Assembly: GCA_009927485.1 (NCBI GenBank)
Contig: RFMW01000225.1
Coordinates: 760-64,759 of the forward strand
Source: Sphingobacteriia bacterium
GTDB lineage: Bacteria > Bacteroidota > Bacteroidia > UBA7662
Reading direction: 5' to 3'
Length of the DNA: 64,000 nt
The notes below the pieces were generated by a model. The model worked only from the letters and a program-made list of their open reading frames with translations. It was not told the DNA's origin and did no database searches. Of this stretch, positions 55,234-64,000 are shown piece by piece (position 1 is the first letter of the stretch; the number at the start of each line of letters is the position of its first letter). The translations under genes were made by a program, and so were the position numbers.

Positions 55234-57381
55234 ATGAATATCCATAAAATCACCAAGCCTTATATGGGCATCCTCCCCTTGCTGATGTGGAGCCTAACGC
55301 TCTCCTCCGTTCAAGGCCAACGCACCCTTAACGAAGAAATGTTATGGGATCTCAAAACCCCCTCTGCCCCCAAAGCCGACATCAACGGCAACAAAATCCT
55401 CTACGGGGTTCGTTCCACGATCCTGGACCAAAACAAATCGCAGACCGATTTGATGCTTTTGGACCTCAACACCGGGAAAACCACTTCTTTGACCCAAACC
55501 CCATCTTCCGAGGTCGATTATCAGTGGTCAAATGACGGGGCATGGATCGCTTTTCTCTACCCGGTCAACGGGGCCATGCAATTGCACCGTATGCGACCCG
55601 ATGGATCAGGGCGCGAAGCCCTGACCCAATTGGAAGGGGGTATTGACGGCTTCGGATTATCCCCATCCGGCAAGCATTGGTTCTATATCCGCAAAGTGCG
55701 TTTGGAGCCCACCATGCACGATCGCTACCCCAGCCTTAGCAAGTCCACAGGTCAAGTTTTCGATCAATTGATGCACCGCCATTGGGACAGCTGGCATGAC
55801 GGTACCTACAGCCATGTTTTTGTGCAAGGCATGTCGGATGCGCGCCCGGTGGGTGAGGCCAAGGATATCATGCCGGATGAGCCTTGGCACAGTCCTCTAC
55901 CCCCCATGGGGTCATCCTCTGAAATCGTCTGGTCCCCCTCCGGTCAAACCCTGGTCTATCCCGCCAAGAAAATGAAAGGCAACGAGGCCGCTGTGTCCAC
56001 CAATTCCGACCTCTATGCCTACGATGTCCCTACCGGTCTTACGGTCAATCTCACCTCCTCGAATCCCGGCTACGACACCGATCCGCAATTTTCACCGGAC
56101 GGACAGTACCTCAGTTGGTTGAGCATGGCCCGCGATGGATACGAAGCGGACTTGAACAGGGTGGCTTTGATGAACTGGAATACCCGACAAACCACCTACC
56201 TCAATACCGAACTGGATCGTTCTGCCTACGAAATGTCCTGGTCCCCGGATGCCAAAACCTTGTATTACGCAGTTTACCACGGTGGTTTTACCCAAATCAT
56301 TGCCCATTCGTTGCAAAGCCCGGTACAGGTTCAACGCAGCAAGCCCACGATGAACAGCACCGCCGTCCTGCCTTGGACCGTGATCACCCTCGATACCGCG
56401 CAATATTCCGGCCTCATGACGGTGGCTGTGCCCCCTTCCAAATCATCCAAAAAATCCTCGCCCCAAGCCGATCACTGGATTTTCTACCTCAAATCCACCA
56501 TGCTCAGGCCATCCGAACTATGTGGCCGTTTGCGATCCAGCCTTGCCGAAAAAACCTTCAGCTCCTGCAACGACAGCCTATACCAAAACCTGCGCCTGGC
56601 CAGGTTCGAAAGCCGTAACATTCTATCCTCGGATGGCCAAACAGTCCAAACCTATATCGTATATCCGCCTGATTTTGATCCGCTTAAATCCTATCCCACG
56701 CTCTTGTATTGCCAAGGAGGTCCTCAAAGCATGATCGGTCAGTCCTTCAGTACCCGTTGGAATTTTCATTTGATGGCGGCCAAAGGGTATATTGTTGTGG
56801 CCCCCAATCGCCGTGGCTTGCCGGGCTTTGGTCAGGCATGGAACGAACAAATTTCCGGAGACTGGGGCGGTCAGGCCATGAAGGATATGTTATGGGTCAC
56901 CGATTCCGTCAAAAAATTACCCTTCGTGGATGCCGGGCGCATGGCTGCGGTGGGCGCATCCTTCGGGGGCTATACGGTTTATTGGTTGGCGGGCAACCAC
57001 GATGGGCGGTTCAAGTCCTTCATTGCCCATTGCGGCGTTTACAATTTGGAATCCATGTTTGGTCAGACCGAAGAGATTTTCTTTTCGCAATGGGACATGA
57101 AAGGTCGCCCTTGGGATAGACCCAAACCCAACTCCTACAATTGGTATTCACCTCATCGCTACGTCCATCAGTGGAATGCTCCTATCCTTATTATTCACAA
57201 CGAGAAAGATTACCGCGTCCCTCTGGCCCAAGGTCTCGAAGCCTATACGGCCGCCCAATTGCGGGGTATCAAAACGAGGATGCTCTATTTCCCGGACGAG
57301 AACCACTGGGTGATTAAGCCCCAGAATTCGGTCTTGTGGCAAAAGGTGTTTTTTGGATGGCTGGACGAAACCCTGCGATGA
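55234..57381 (+). CDS. S9-family serine peptidase (prolyl oligopeptidase/acylaminoacyl-peptidase-like) with N-terminal beta-propeller
   Basis: Signal peptide; propeller repeats; catalytic triad region GASFGGY (Ser), ..HNEKDYRVP.. (Asp), ..DENHWV.. (His). Confidence 0.85.
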   Translation: MNIHKITKPYMGILPLLMWSLTLSSVQGQRTLNEEMLWDLKTPSAPKADINGNKILYGVRSTILDQNKSQTDLMLLDLNTGKTTSLTQTPSSEVDYQWSNDGAWIAFLYPVNGAMQLHRMRPDGSGREALTQLEGGIDGFGLSPSGKHWFYIRKVRLEPTMHDRYPSLSKSTGQVFDQLMHRHWDSWHDGTYSHVFVQGMSDARPVGEAKDIMPDEPWHSPLPPMGSSSEIVWSPSGQTLVYPAKKMKGNEAAVSTNSDLYAYDVPTGLTVNLTSSNPGYDTDPQFSPDGQYLSWLSMARDGYEADLNRVALMNWNTRQTTYLNTELDRSAYEMSWSPDAKTLYYAVYHGGFTQIIAHSLQSPVQVQRSKPTMNSTAVLPWTVITLDTAQYSGLMTVAVPPSKSSKKSSPQADHWIFYLKSTMLRPSELCGRLRSSLAEKTFSSCNDSLYQNLRLARFESRNILSSDGQTVQTYIVYPPDFDPLKSYPTLLYCQGGPQSMIGQSFSTRWNFHLMAAKGYIVVAPNRRGLPGFGQAWNEQISGDWGGQAMKDMLWVTDSVKKLPFVDAGRMAAVGASFGGYTVYWLAGNHDGRFKSFIAHCGVYNLESMFGQTEEIFFSQWDMKGRPWDRPKPNSYNWYSPHRYVHQWNAPILIIHNEKDYRVPLAQGLEAYTAAQLRGIKTRMLYFPDENHWVIKPQNSVLWQKVFFGWLDETLR

Positions 57382-57416
57382 ATTGAACGCGCGATCGTCC
57401 CTTGCCGTTGGAACGG

Positions 57417-59021
57417 TTAAGGTCGGGGCTCGCCTTCGAGAACCTGGGCATCCACCCCGTCGCGGTACTGGTCAAAATTCTTGATAAAAGCAGCCGCCAA
57501 TTGCGAGGCTTTGGCATCGTAGGCCGCTGGATCAGACCATGTTAACCGAGGATTCAAGATCTCCGAAGGAACCTGAGGGCAAGACTTTGGCATCGAAACC
57601 CCAAAAACCGGATGGTTTTCAAATTCAACCTGGTCCAATTGACCTTCCAAGGCTGCGGTGATCATCGCCCGGGTATAGGACAATTTCATACGACTCCCCA
57701 CCCCGTAAGGTCCCCCGCTCCATCCGGTATTCACCAGCCAGACCTGAACGCGATGTTCCTGCATTTTTTGACCCAGCAAGGTCGCGTACTGGCCAGGGTG
57801 CAACGGTAAAAAAGCCCGTCCAAAACAAGCCGAGAAGGTTGTTTGGGGCTCGGTCACCCCGACCTCGGTGCCCGCGACTTTGGCCGTGTACCCCGATATG
57901 AAATGATACATGGCCTGGGCCTCGTTGAGGCGGCTAATCGGAGGCAATACCCCAAAGGCATCCGCGGTCAAAAAGAACAAATGCTTGGGATGAGACCCCA
58001 CGGAGGGAACCATGGCGTTGTCAATGTAATGAATGGGATAAGCGCAGCGGGTATTTTCGGTTTTGGAACCGTTATCGTAATCCACAATCCGGGTACCCTC
58101 TTTGAAAACAATATTCTCGACAATGGAACCAAAACGAATGGCTTTCCATATTTCGGGCTCCTTTTCGGGGGTCAGGTTGATACACTTGGCGTAGCACCCC
58201 CCCTCAAAATTAAACACCGAAGTATCGCTCCACCCGTGTTCATCATCCCCAATCAGGCGACGGTTCGGATCGGCCGATAAAGTGGTTTTGCCCGTACCCG
58301 ATAAACCAAAAAACAAAGCCGTATCCCCTTGGGCCCCGCTGTTGGCGGAACAATGCATGGACAATACTTTTTTGTGATGAGGTAGGACAAAATTCAGGAC
58401 CCCAAAGATGCCTTTTTTCATTTCCCCGGTATAACCGGTACCCCCGATCAGGATCACCTTTCGGGTAAAATTCAGTATCGCAAAATTGTGTTGGCGGGTA
58501 TGGTCCCTATCGGGCTCGGCACGGAAACCCGGAGCGCATACAATGGTCCATTCCGGCTCACCGGCTTGGGTTAATTCTTCGGCCGTTGGGCGCAGAAAAA
58601 GATTGTGGCAAAAGAGATTGGAATAGGCCAGTTCGGTAATGACCCGAATATTCAATCGATGGTCAGGATCAGCACAAGCGTAGGCATCCCTGGCGTAGAC
58701 GGTTTTGCCTGCCAAATACTCGGCAACACGCTCGTACAATGCATCAAAATGATCAGGACCAAAAGGGATGTTGATATCTCCCCACCAAACCGCATTTTCG
58801 GTGATTGCATCCTTGACCACAAAGCGGTCTTTGGGCGAACGGCCGGTAAATTCCCCGGTATCCGAAGCCAAGGCCCCGTTGTCGCAGAGTTGACCTTCGC
58901 CCGAGGCCAAGGCAGATTCGACAAGCTCTGCTGGACTCAAATTCCAAAAGATTTGCTGAACACCGTTCAGGCCGCTACGTTCCCAATGCAAATTCAACGG
59001 TGGGTGTCCCAGGTGTTTCAT
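57417..59021 (-). CDS. pckA: Phosphoenolpyruvate carboxykinase (ATP)
   Basis: 534 aa; kinase-1a motif ..FFGLSGTGKTTLS.. and PckA-specific metal/oxaloacetate-binding regions. Confidence 0.9.
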   Translation of the reverse strand: MKHLGHPPLNLHWERSGLNGVQQIFWNLSPAELVESALASGEGQLCDNGALASDTGEFTGRSPKDRFVVKDAITENAVWWGDINIPFGPDHFDALYERVAEYLAGKTVYARDAYACADPDHRLNIRVITELAYSNLFCHNLFLRPTAEELTQAGEPEWTIVCAPGFRAEPDRDHTRQHNFAILNFTRKVILIGGTGYTGEMKKGIFGVLNFVLPHHKKVLSMHCSANSGAQGDTALFFGLSGTGKTTLSADPNRRLIGDDEHGWSDTSVFNFEGGCYAKCINLTPEKEPEIWKAIRFGSIVENIVFKEGTRIVDYDNGSKTENTRCAYPIHYIDNAMVPSVGSHPKHLFFLTADAFGVLPPISRLNEAQAMYHFISGYTAKVAGTEVGVTEPQTTFSACFGRAFLPLHPGQYATLLGQKMQEHRVQVWLVNTGWSGGPYGVGSRMKLSYTRAMITAALEGQLDQVEFENHPVFGVSMPKSCPQVPSEILNPRLTWSDPAAYDAKASQLAAAFIKNFDQYRDGVDAQVLEGEPRP

Positions 59022-59065
59022 AACTTACGAAGGTTTTTGGTTGGTCAAATGGGTTAAGAAACGGC

Positions 59066-59095
59066 AAAAGTAAGGCCCAAAACCCCAAAGGCCTA
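59066..59095 (-). terminator. Weak candidate terminator hairpin overlapping the stop of the DUF4139 gene
   Basis: On the minus strand: AGGCC-12 nt-GGCCT followed by UACUUUUGCC; short stem, low confidence. Confidence 0.3.
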
Positions 59096-60813
59096 CAAGC
59101 CCACCACGGGCTTGTTGCGGAGGTGTTTGACCCGAAAACCCCATTCCAAAGCGCGTTGGGCCTGGGGTTCCAGCTTCAATTCCCAGCGAACCAGCCCAGG
59201 AATAGCGGTTTCGGGGGCCGTGGGGAATTGAGCCCCTTCGGCGGTTAAATCCAAAACTTCCAGGTCCTTTTGGAGGCTCACGGGATACTGGTCCTCCAAC
59301 CGAATGCGCACGGTCTGAGGCCGACTGTTCCTCAAATCCACCCGATAACCGTAGTGGCGAACGACCCATTGATCCCATCGAGATCGCTGATTTTTGAAAA
59401 TAGCCGCGGGGCGGTATTGAACCTGAATCAACTCATCCGTACCCAACGACAGAGCTACCGAATCGGCCGCATGGGCCCAACGAATTTGTTGTTCTCCGAC
59501 TCGGTTCCCGTCCACCGAGATGAGGCAAGGTCCATCCACCCAATCCATCAAGGAGGAATCCCTTAGGATGCCCATCAGGTAAACCCGGGGTTGTTGACGG
59601 GGTGCGGCATAGCGCAAGAGTTCCACCTCCACCGTGCGGGCATCCAGAGGTTGCCAAGACTCCCCCCCCGAAACAAGACGAAAGGTTGAGGTGGGCTTGT
59701 ACACAAAGGCTGAGCCTTGAATACTTCGTTCCACGATGGGCACACCCGATGCCTCCAACTCGCTCCACGTCATGGCCGTGGCCGGTTCCGCCGCATCGGA
59801 CATAGCGCGGGATGGTTGGGAACGGTTTCTGCTTTCTGAGGAAATGGTTTCGATCCGATCAAAGGATTTGACCATAGGCCGATAATAGTCCAAATACCAC
59901 GGGTTTAAGACCGGCAATTCCAAACCCATCGAAGGGGTATGTGTCAAAAATTCCACCGGTATCCCCTCCCAATCCTGGCCGCTTTGCTGATAGGATTGAG
60001 CACCCAAACGCAGGGCCACCTTGGATTGGTTCACATCAACATCCATTTCATACGAAGGATTCCATCCGGCTTGGGGACAAAAAACCTCCAAAGCCACTTG
60101 CCCCGTCTTCCCGTCCACCGCAGGTATTGCCTCCAGCTGCAAAACCAAGCCTTGCTCCGAAGCCTGAATTTTGTCTCGCCAATAAATAACCTTGGACTCC
60201 AAATCCCCTGAACGACGAGTCAAGGAATCCAAACCCCGTTGGCACTGAAGTTTGGCTCGCCCAACCTGGGCCATGCGTTGCCGGAATTGTTCCGAACCCT
60301 TAAGCCATTCCTGGCTGATCCGGTTTCGGCGACGTTAGGCGATACCGTCCCCGCTGGACCTTTGCCTTGGACGGCCGTTCTTCCCAACAAAACCATCATG
60401 TACTGCTCCTCGGCCTGCAGTGCTGACATATCCACTTGCTTTTCTTCCAAGACCCGCCGGTTATCGGCCATGGCACGCTCAGCGGCATTCAACGAATCCA
60501 TCCAAGCCTCGGATGCCGGTAATTTTTCCCATCGGTAATCGGTCATCCTTAAACCGCTTGATGATTTGACACGCAGGGATGCGGCATCAAAAAACTTGGC
60601 CCAACCCCCCAACACCCAACGTTGCGAACCGTTGACCACTTTGCCGCTGGCCGAATAGCGAAGAACGGCCCCCGAACGAAACAGCTGCACCTGCTCCAAG
60701 CGGAGGATTTTGGTTTCGGCGGCACGCAATGGCTGTGCCCGGAGTGGAATCAGCAAACTCCAAGTTCCAAGGATAGCGACCAGGATCCCTAATCGTTGTA
60801 GTGCATTGGTCAT
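59093..60813 (-). pseudogene. DUF4140/DUF4139 (mucoidy-inhibitor MuiA-like) secreted protein with an apparent -1 frame change near 60310-60340
   Basis: ORF 60220..60813 gives a signal peptide, a DUF4140-like N-terminal beta domain and the start of the coiled coil (..ALQAEEQYMMVLLG..). ORF 59093..60274 gives the coiled-coil continuation and a DUF4139 domain (..GQVALEVFCPQAGWNPSYEMD..SGQDWEGIPVEFLTHTPSMG..). Hand translation shows the second frame is open upstream to a TAA, inside the nonsense tail of the first ORF. Confidence 0.75.
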
Positions 60814-60824
60814 GAATTGGATGT

Positions 60825-62186
60825 TTAGAGGAAGGCAGATAACAAATCATGCTGGGTCAAAATATGCCAGGAATGATCGGGCATACGGACCATAATAGCC
60901 TCGGAATCAGGTCGTATAAGCGGTAGTAGGCGCTGAACCTTGGTAGAGGATTCGACCTCAGCAAATGCTGTTTCCATATGATGCTCAACCTGTTCCGCAG
61001 AAAGATGCGGGTGAGATAGGAGTTTTTGTAACAATTTACGTTCCGAAAGCGCTCCCACCCAGTTTCCTTCGGCGTCCTGAACCGGTACCTGCGATATTTG
61101 GTGTTTGCGCATTTTGGCAACCGCCTCCCCGACCGTTTCCCAATACCCTACTTTGACCAAGGGTACCTGTCCCCTTCTCAAAACCAAACCTGCCGCATCC
61201 TCGGCCGTATCGCTCAGGTAGCCCCTCTCCCGCATCCATTCATCGTTGAACATTTTGTTCAGATAACGGGTCCCGTGATCGTGAAAAATCACCACCACCA
61301 CATCCGTTGGCTTCAATTCATGCCCCAATTGCAACAACCCGGCCATCGCCGAACCCGCCGAATTACCCGCAAAAATTCCTTCTTCGCGAGCGATTCGACG
61401 CGTCATCAGGGCCGCATCCCGGTCCGTAACTTTTTCGAAGAGATCGATCAAATCAAAGTCCACGTTGGCCGGCAAAAAGTCCTCTCCGATACCCTCGGTA
61501 ACATAGGGGTAAATTTCTTGTTTGTCAAAAATCCCGGTCTCTTTGTATTTCTTGAAAACCGACCCGTAGGTATCGATCCCCCAGACCTTGATTTGGGGAT
61601 TCTTGGATTTCAAAAAACGCGCTGTCCCTGAAATGGTTCCGCCGGTACCCACCCCCACCACCAGATGGGTCACCCGCCCCTCGGTTTGTTCCCAAATCTC
61701 CGGTCCGGTTTGCTCAAAATGAGCCTGGCGATTGGACAAGTTATCGTATTGGTTGGCCTTCCAAGCGTTGGGGGTTTCAAGAGCTAAGCGGGACGAAACG
61801 CTGTAGTAGGACCGGGGGTCTTCGGGATCCACATTCGTGGGGCAAACAATGACTTCCGCCCCCAGCGCACGCAGTGCATCCACTTTTTCGCGGGATTGCT
61901 TGTCGGTGGTGGTAAAAATGCAACGGTATCCTTTGACCACGGCGGCCATCGCCAACCCCATGCCGGTATTCCCGGAGGTTCCCTCAATGATCGTGTATCC
62001 GGGCTTCAGCAGTCCGGCGGCCTCGGCGTCTTCAATCATTTTGAGGGCCATTCGGTCCTTGGTGGAATGCCCCGGGTTAAAGGTTTCCACTTTGGCTAGA
62101 ACCGTTGCCGGCAGATGAGCACAAAGGCGGTTAATTCGGACCAGGGGCGTATGCCCGATGGTTTGTAAAATATTTTCGACCCACAT
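60825..62186 (-). CDS. Cystathionine beta-synthase-like PLP enzyme (CysK/CBS fold plus tandem CBS domains)
   Basis: 453 aa; PLP-lysine motif ..NPGHSTKDRMAL.., ..GTGGTISG.., C-terminal Bateman (CBS pair) module. Confidence 0.8.
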   Translation of the reverse strand: MWVENILQTIGHTPLVRINRLCAHLPATVLAKVETFNPGHSTKDRMALKMIEDAEAAGLLKPGYTIIEGTSGNTGMGLAMAAVVKGYRCIFTTTDKQSREKVDALRALGAEVIVCPTNVDPEDPRSYYSVSSRLALETPNAWKANQYDNLSNRQAHFEQTGPEIWEQTEGRVTHLVVGVGTGGTISGTARFLKSKNPQIKVWGIDTYGSVFKKYKETGIFDKQEIYPYVTEGIGEDFLPANVDFDLIDLFEKVTDRDAALMTRRIAREEGIFAGNSAGSAMAGLLQLGHELKPTDVVVVIFHDHGTRYLNKMFNDEWMRERGYLSDTAEDAAGLVLRRGQVPLVKVGYWETVGEAVAKMRKHQISQVPVQDAEGNWVGALSERKLLQKLLSHPHLSAEQVEHHMETAFAEVESSTKVQRLLPLIRPDSEAIMVRMPDHSWHILTQHDLLSAFL

Positions 62187-62192
62187 GCCTCA

Positions 62193-62247
62193 AATTTAGA
62201 GAGCATGAGGATGCAAGGCCTACACATTGCCTTAAAATCTCTAAATT
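62193..62247. promoter_or_regulatory. Perfect 10-bp inverted repeat AATTTAGAGA / TCTCTAAATT with a 35-nt spacer (nested AAGGC/GCCTT) in the divergent cbs-like / nfeD intergenic region
   Basis: Seen directly in sequence. The left arm lies 7 nt upstream of the cbs-like ATG (minus strand), so the hairpin would sit in its 5' leader. The arms are AT-rich, in contrast to the genome. Confidence 0.45.
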
Positions 62248-62292
62248 GCAGGAACTTTCCATGCCCCAAATCACCGTGATACCTTTGCTGTA

Positions 62293-63720
62293 TTGATGCC
62301 AATCCGCTATTCCTCCATCCTGTTCACCCTAACCAGCCTTCTGCAAAGGAGCGTTTTGCATGGGCTCTTATTAATCTTTCCCTGGGGTTTGCCCTTAACG
62401 GAGGTCACCGCGGAAAACCTCAAAGCCCCAAAGGAGTCTTTGTGGCTGGATTCCAATAAGTTATGCAGAATATACCGTTTTGAACTTCAAGACCAGGTGG
62501 CCCCTCCCTTTTGGCGCAAAGTCCAAATGGCCTTTGCGGAAGCCCAAGAGCGAGAGGCTGACCTTGTGCTTATCCGCCTAAACACCTACGGTGGGCAAGT
62601 TGACTTGGCGGACAGCGTACGCACCCGGCTCCTTCGAAGCAAAATACCCGTCGTGGTTTGGGTCGATAACAATGCCGCCTCTGCCGGTGCCCTGATCGCT
62701 TTGGCGGCTAACCGAATCTACATGGTTCCCAGTGCCAGCATCGGTGCCGCTACGGTGGTCAACCAAGAAGGCACCCCCGTACCGGACAAATACCAGTCCT
62801 ATATGAGGGCCACCATGAGGGCCACCGCCGAAGCCCGTAACCGTAATCCCCGCCTTGCTGAATGCATGGTGGACCCCGGCCTCGGGTACCCCGGCGTTGT
62901 GGATTCCGGCAAGGTCTTGACCTTGACCAGCTCCGAAGCCGTCCGTTTGGGGATCAGCGACGGTACTGCTGCATCCGAAGAAGAGGTCCTCCAAATGCTG
63001 GGGGTCCGTCGTAAGGAGATCGTTCAACAGAAACTCAGCGCCTTGGACTACTTCCTCCAATTTCTTTTGAATCCGGCGGTCAGTGGCCTCTTGATTTTGC
63101 TGATGCTGGGGGGCATTTATTTCGAATTGCAAAGCCCAGGGATTGGTTTTCCCTTGGTGGCCGCCTTGGTGGCTGCTGCCTTGTATTTTGCGCCGTTGTA
63201 CCTGGAAGGACTGGCCACGAATTGGGAAATACTCCTTTTCATCGCAGGTTTGCTGTTGATAGGCCTCGAAATTTGGGTTATTCCCGGTTTCGGATGGGTA
63301 GGCGCTCTAGGCCTTGCGGTAATCTTTCTGGCCTTGGTCGGCTCCATGCTCGATAACGATGGTTGGTCGTTACCCCAAAGCGAAGGCAACGCTGGCGGAA
63401 CCCGATTGGTGAGCGCCGTGCTCGCGGTTCTTATCCCTATCCTTGGCCTTGGAGTCATGTTCCTGCTTTGGGGGGAGCGCATGTTTACCCAAGGACCTTT
63501 GCGCAAATTAGTGCTCCACAACCCGGAACCGGAAGCCTCCGACGCCGAGCAGTGGGTGGGATTGGAGGGAATCTCCAAGACCAGGCTTAATCCGGTTGGC
63601 AAAATTCTAATCCAAGGTCAAAGCCTGGAAGCCCACTCCGAGGACGGTTGGATCGAGGCCGAAACCGCCGTCACCGTATTGCGCAAAGAACAAAATCGGC
63701 TCTATGTTCGTAAATCATAA
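62293..63720 (+). CDS. NfeD-family membrane-bound ClpP-class serine protease
   Basis: 475 aa; N-terminal ClpP/crotonase-like domain (..LIRLNTYGGQVDLADSV..VDNNAASAGALIALAAN..), 4-5 TM helices, C-terminal OB-fold. Confidence 0.8.
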   Translation: MMPIRYSSILFTLTSLLQRSVLHGLLLIFPWGLPLTEVTAENLKAPKESLWLDSNKLCRIYRFELQDQVAPPFWRKVQMAFAEAQEREADLVLIRLNTYGGQVDLADSVRTRLLRSKIPVVVWVDNNAASAGALIALAANRIYMVPSASIGAATVVNQEGTPVPDKYQSYMRATMRATAEARNRNPRLAECMVDPGLGYPGVVDSGKVLTLTSSEAVRLGISDGTAASEEEVLQMLGVRRKEIVQQKLSALDYFLQFLLNPAVSGLLILLMLGGIYFELQSPGIGFPLVAALVAAALYFAPLYLEGLATNWEILLFIAGLLLIGLEIWVIPGFGWVGALGLAVIFLALVGSMLDNDGWSLPQSEGNAGGTRLVSAVLAVLIPILGLGVMFLLWGERMFTQGPLRKLVLHNPEPEASDAEQWVGLEGISKTRLNPVGKILIQGQSLEAHSEDGWIEAETAVTVLRKEQNRLYVRKS

Positions 63721-63818
63721 TGAATCAAGGGTTTAACCTGCTCTTTAGGGTTTAAATTTCTTGGATACGACAATGCCCCCGAAGGCTTACCTTTGAATCC
63801 CGTAGAAACATTCCTGTT

Positions 63819-64000
63819 GTGGCCAAATATGTATTCGTTACGGGTGGAGTAACCTCCTCGTTAGGCAAAGGCATTCTTGCCGCCTCCCTTGCCAAATTGC
63901 TTCAAGCCAGGGGCCTCAAGGTCACCATCCAGAAGTTGGATCCCTACATCAACGTGGATCCCGGCACGTTGAACCCTTATGAACACGGTGAATGTTATGT
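63819..64000 (+). CDS. pyrG: CTP synthase, 5' fragment (runs off the window)
   Basis: Hand translation from GTG 63819: [60 protein letters not shown].., a near-exact match to the conserved PyrG N-terminus. Not in the ORF track because no stop falls in the window. Confidence 0.85.
   Translation, partial: MAKYVFVTGGVTSSLGKGILAASLAKLLQARGLKVTIQKLDPYINVDPGTLNPYEHGECY

Noticed and set aside
1-64000. CRISPR arrays, tRNA/rRNA genes, integrase or transposase genes, toxin-antitoxin pairs, defence islands
   Set aside because: Scanning intergenic regions (all under 150 nt except around the ORF6N islet) and the ORF products found none. The only interspaced repeats are the short coding minisatellites and the 10-bp inverted repeat listed above.

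Overview
High-GC (about 58%) chromosomal segment that looks like Bacteroidota, with roughly 93% coding density. The phylum call is inferred from Bacteroidota-typical families (DUF4159, DUF3098, DUF4139/DUF4140, DUF4296, an ORF6N-domain protein, an OMP_b-brl_3-like giant beta-barrel) and from the conserved ftsX-DUF3098-uppP-truB-ribF block. The content is almost entirely housekeeping: aspartokinase, scoAB, mutS2, pgi, prfB, topA, cca, miaA, rsmE, pyrD, rarA, ccmEF, maf, hldD, queD, fabD, prmC, ribD, rlmH, holA, ribF, truB, uppP, ftsX, leuS, pckA and pyrG, plus one orphan 1190-aa sensor kinase. No CRISPR array, rRNA or tRNA was found, and I do not see a convincing novel multi-gene system. The points most worth a second look are these. 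(1) The canonical prfB +1 programmed frameshift site is present, with an internal AGGAGG. (2) Five otherwise intact conserved genes (mutS2, pgi twice, yraN, miaA, a DUF4140/DUF4139 gene) each carry an apparent -1 frame break; all are in the direction expected for single-base deletions, so a technical indel artefact is more likely than biological pseudogenisation. (3) An in-frame read-through joins rsmE to a DUF4159 secreted-protein gene with no stop codon, next to a 12-nt tandem duplication. (4) A roughly 0.9-kb low-GC (about 37%) islet carries a single ORF6N/KilA-N-like gene downstream of pyrD. (5) CcmE is the CXXXY variant. (6) A perfect 10-bp inverted repeat lies in the cbs/nfeD divergent region. 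(7) Two adjacent genes end in short tandem peptide repeats. All coordinates come from the supplied ORF track plus hand translation, and start codons are approximate where stated.
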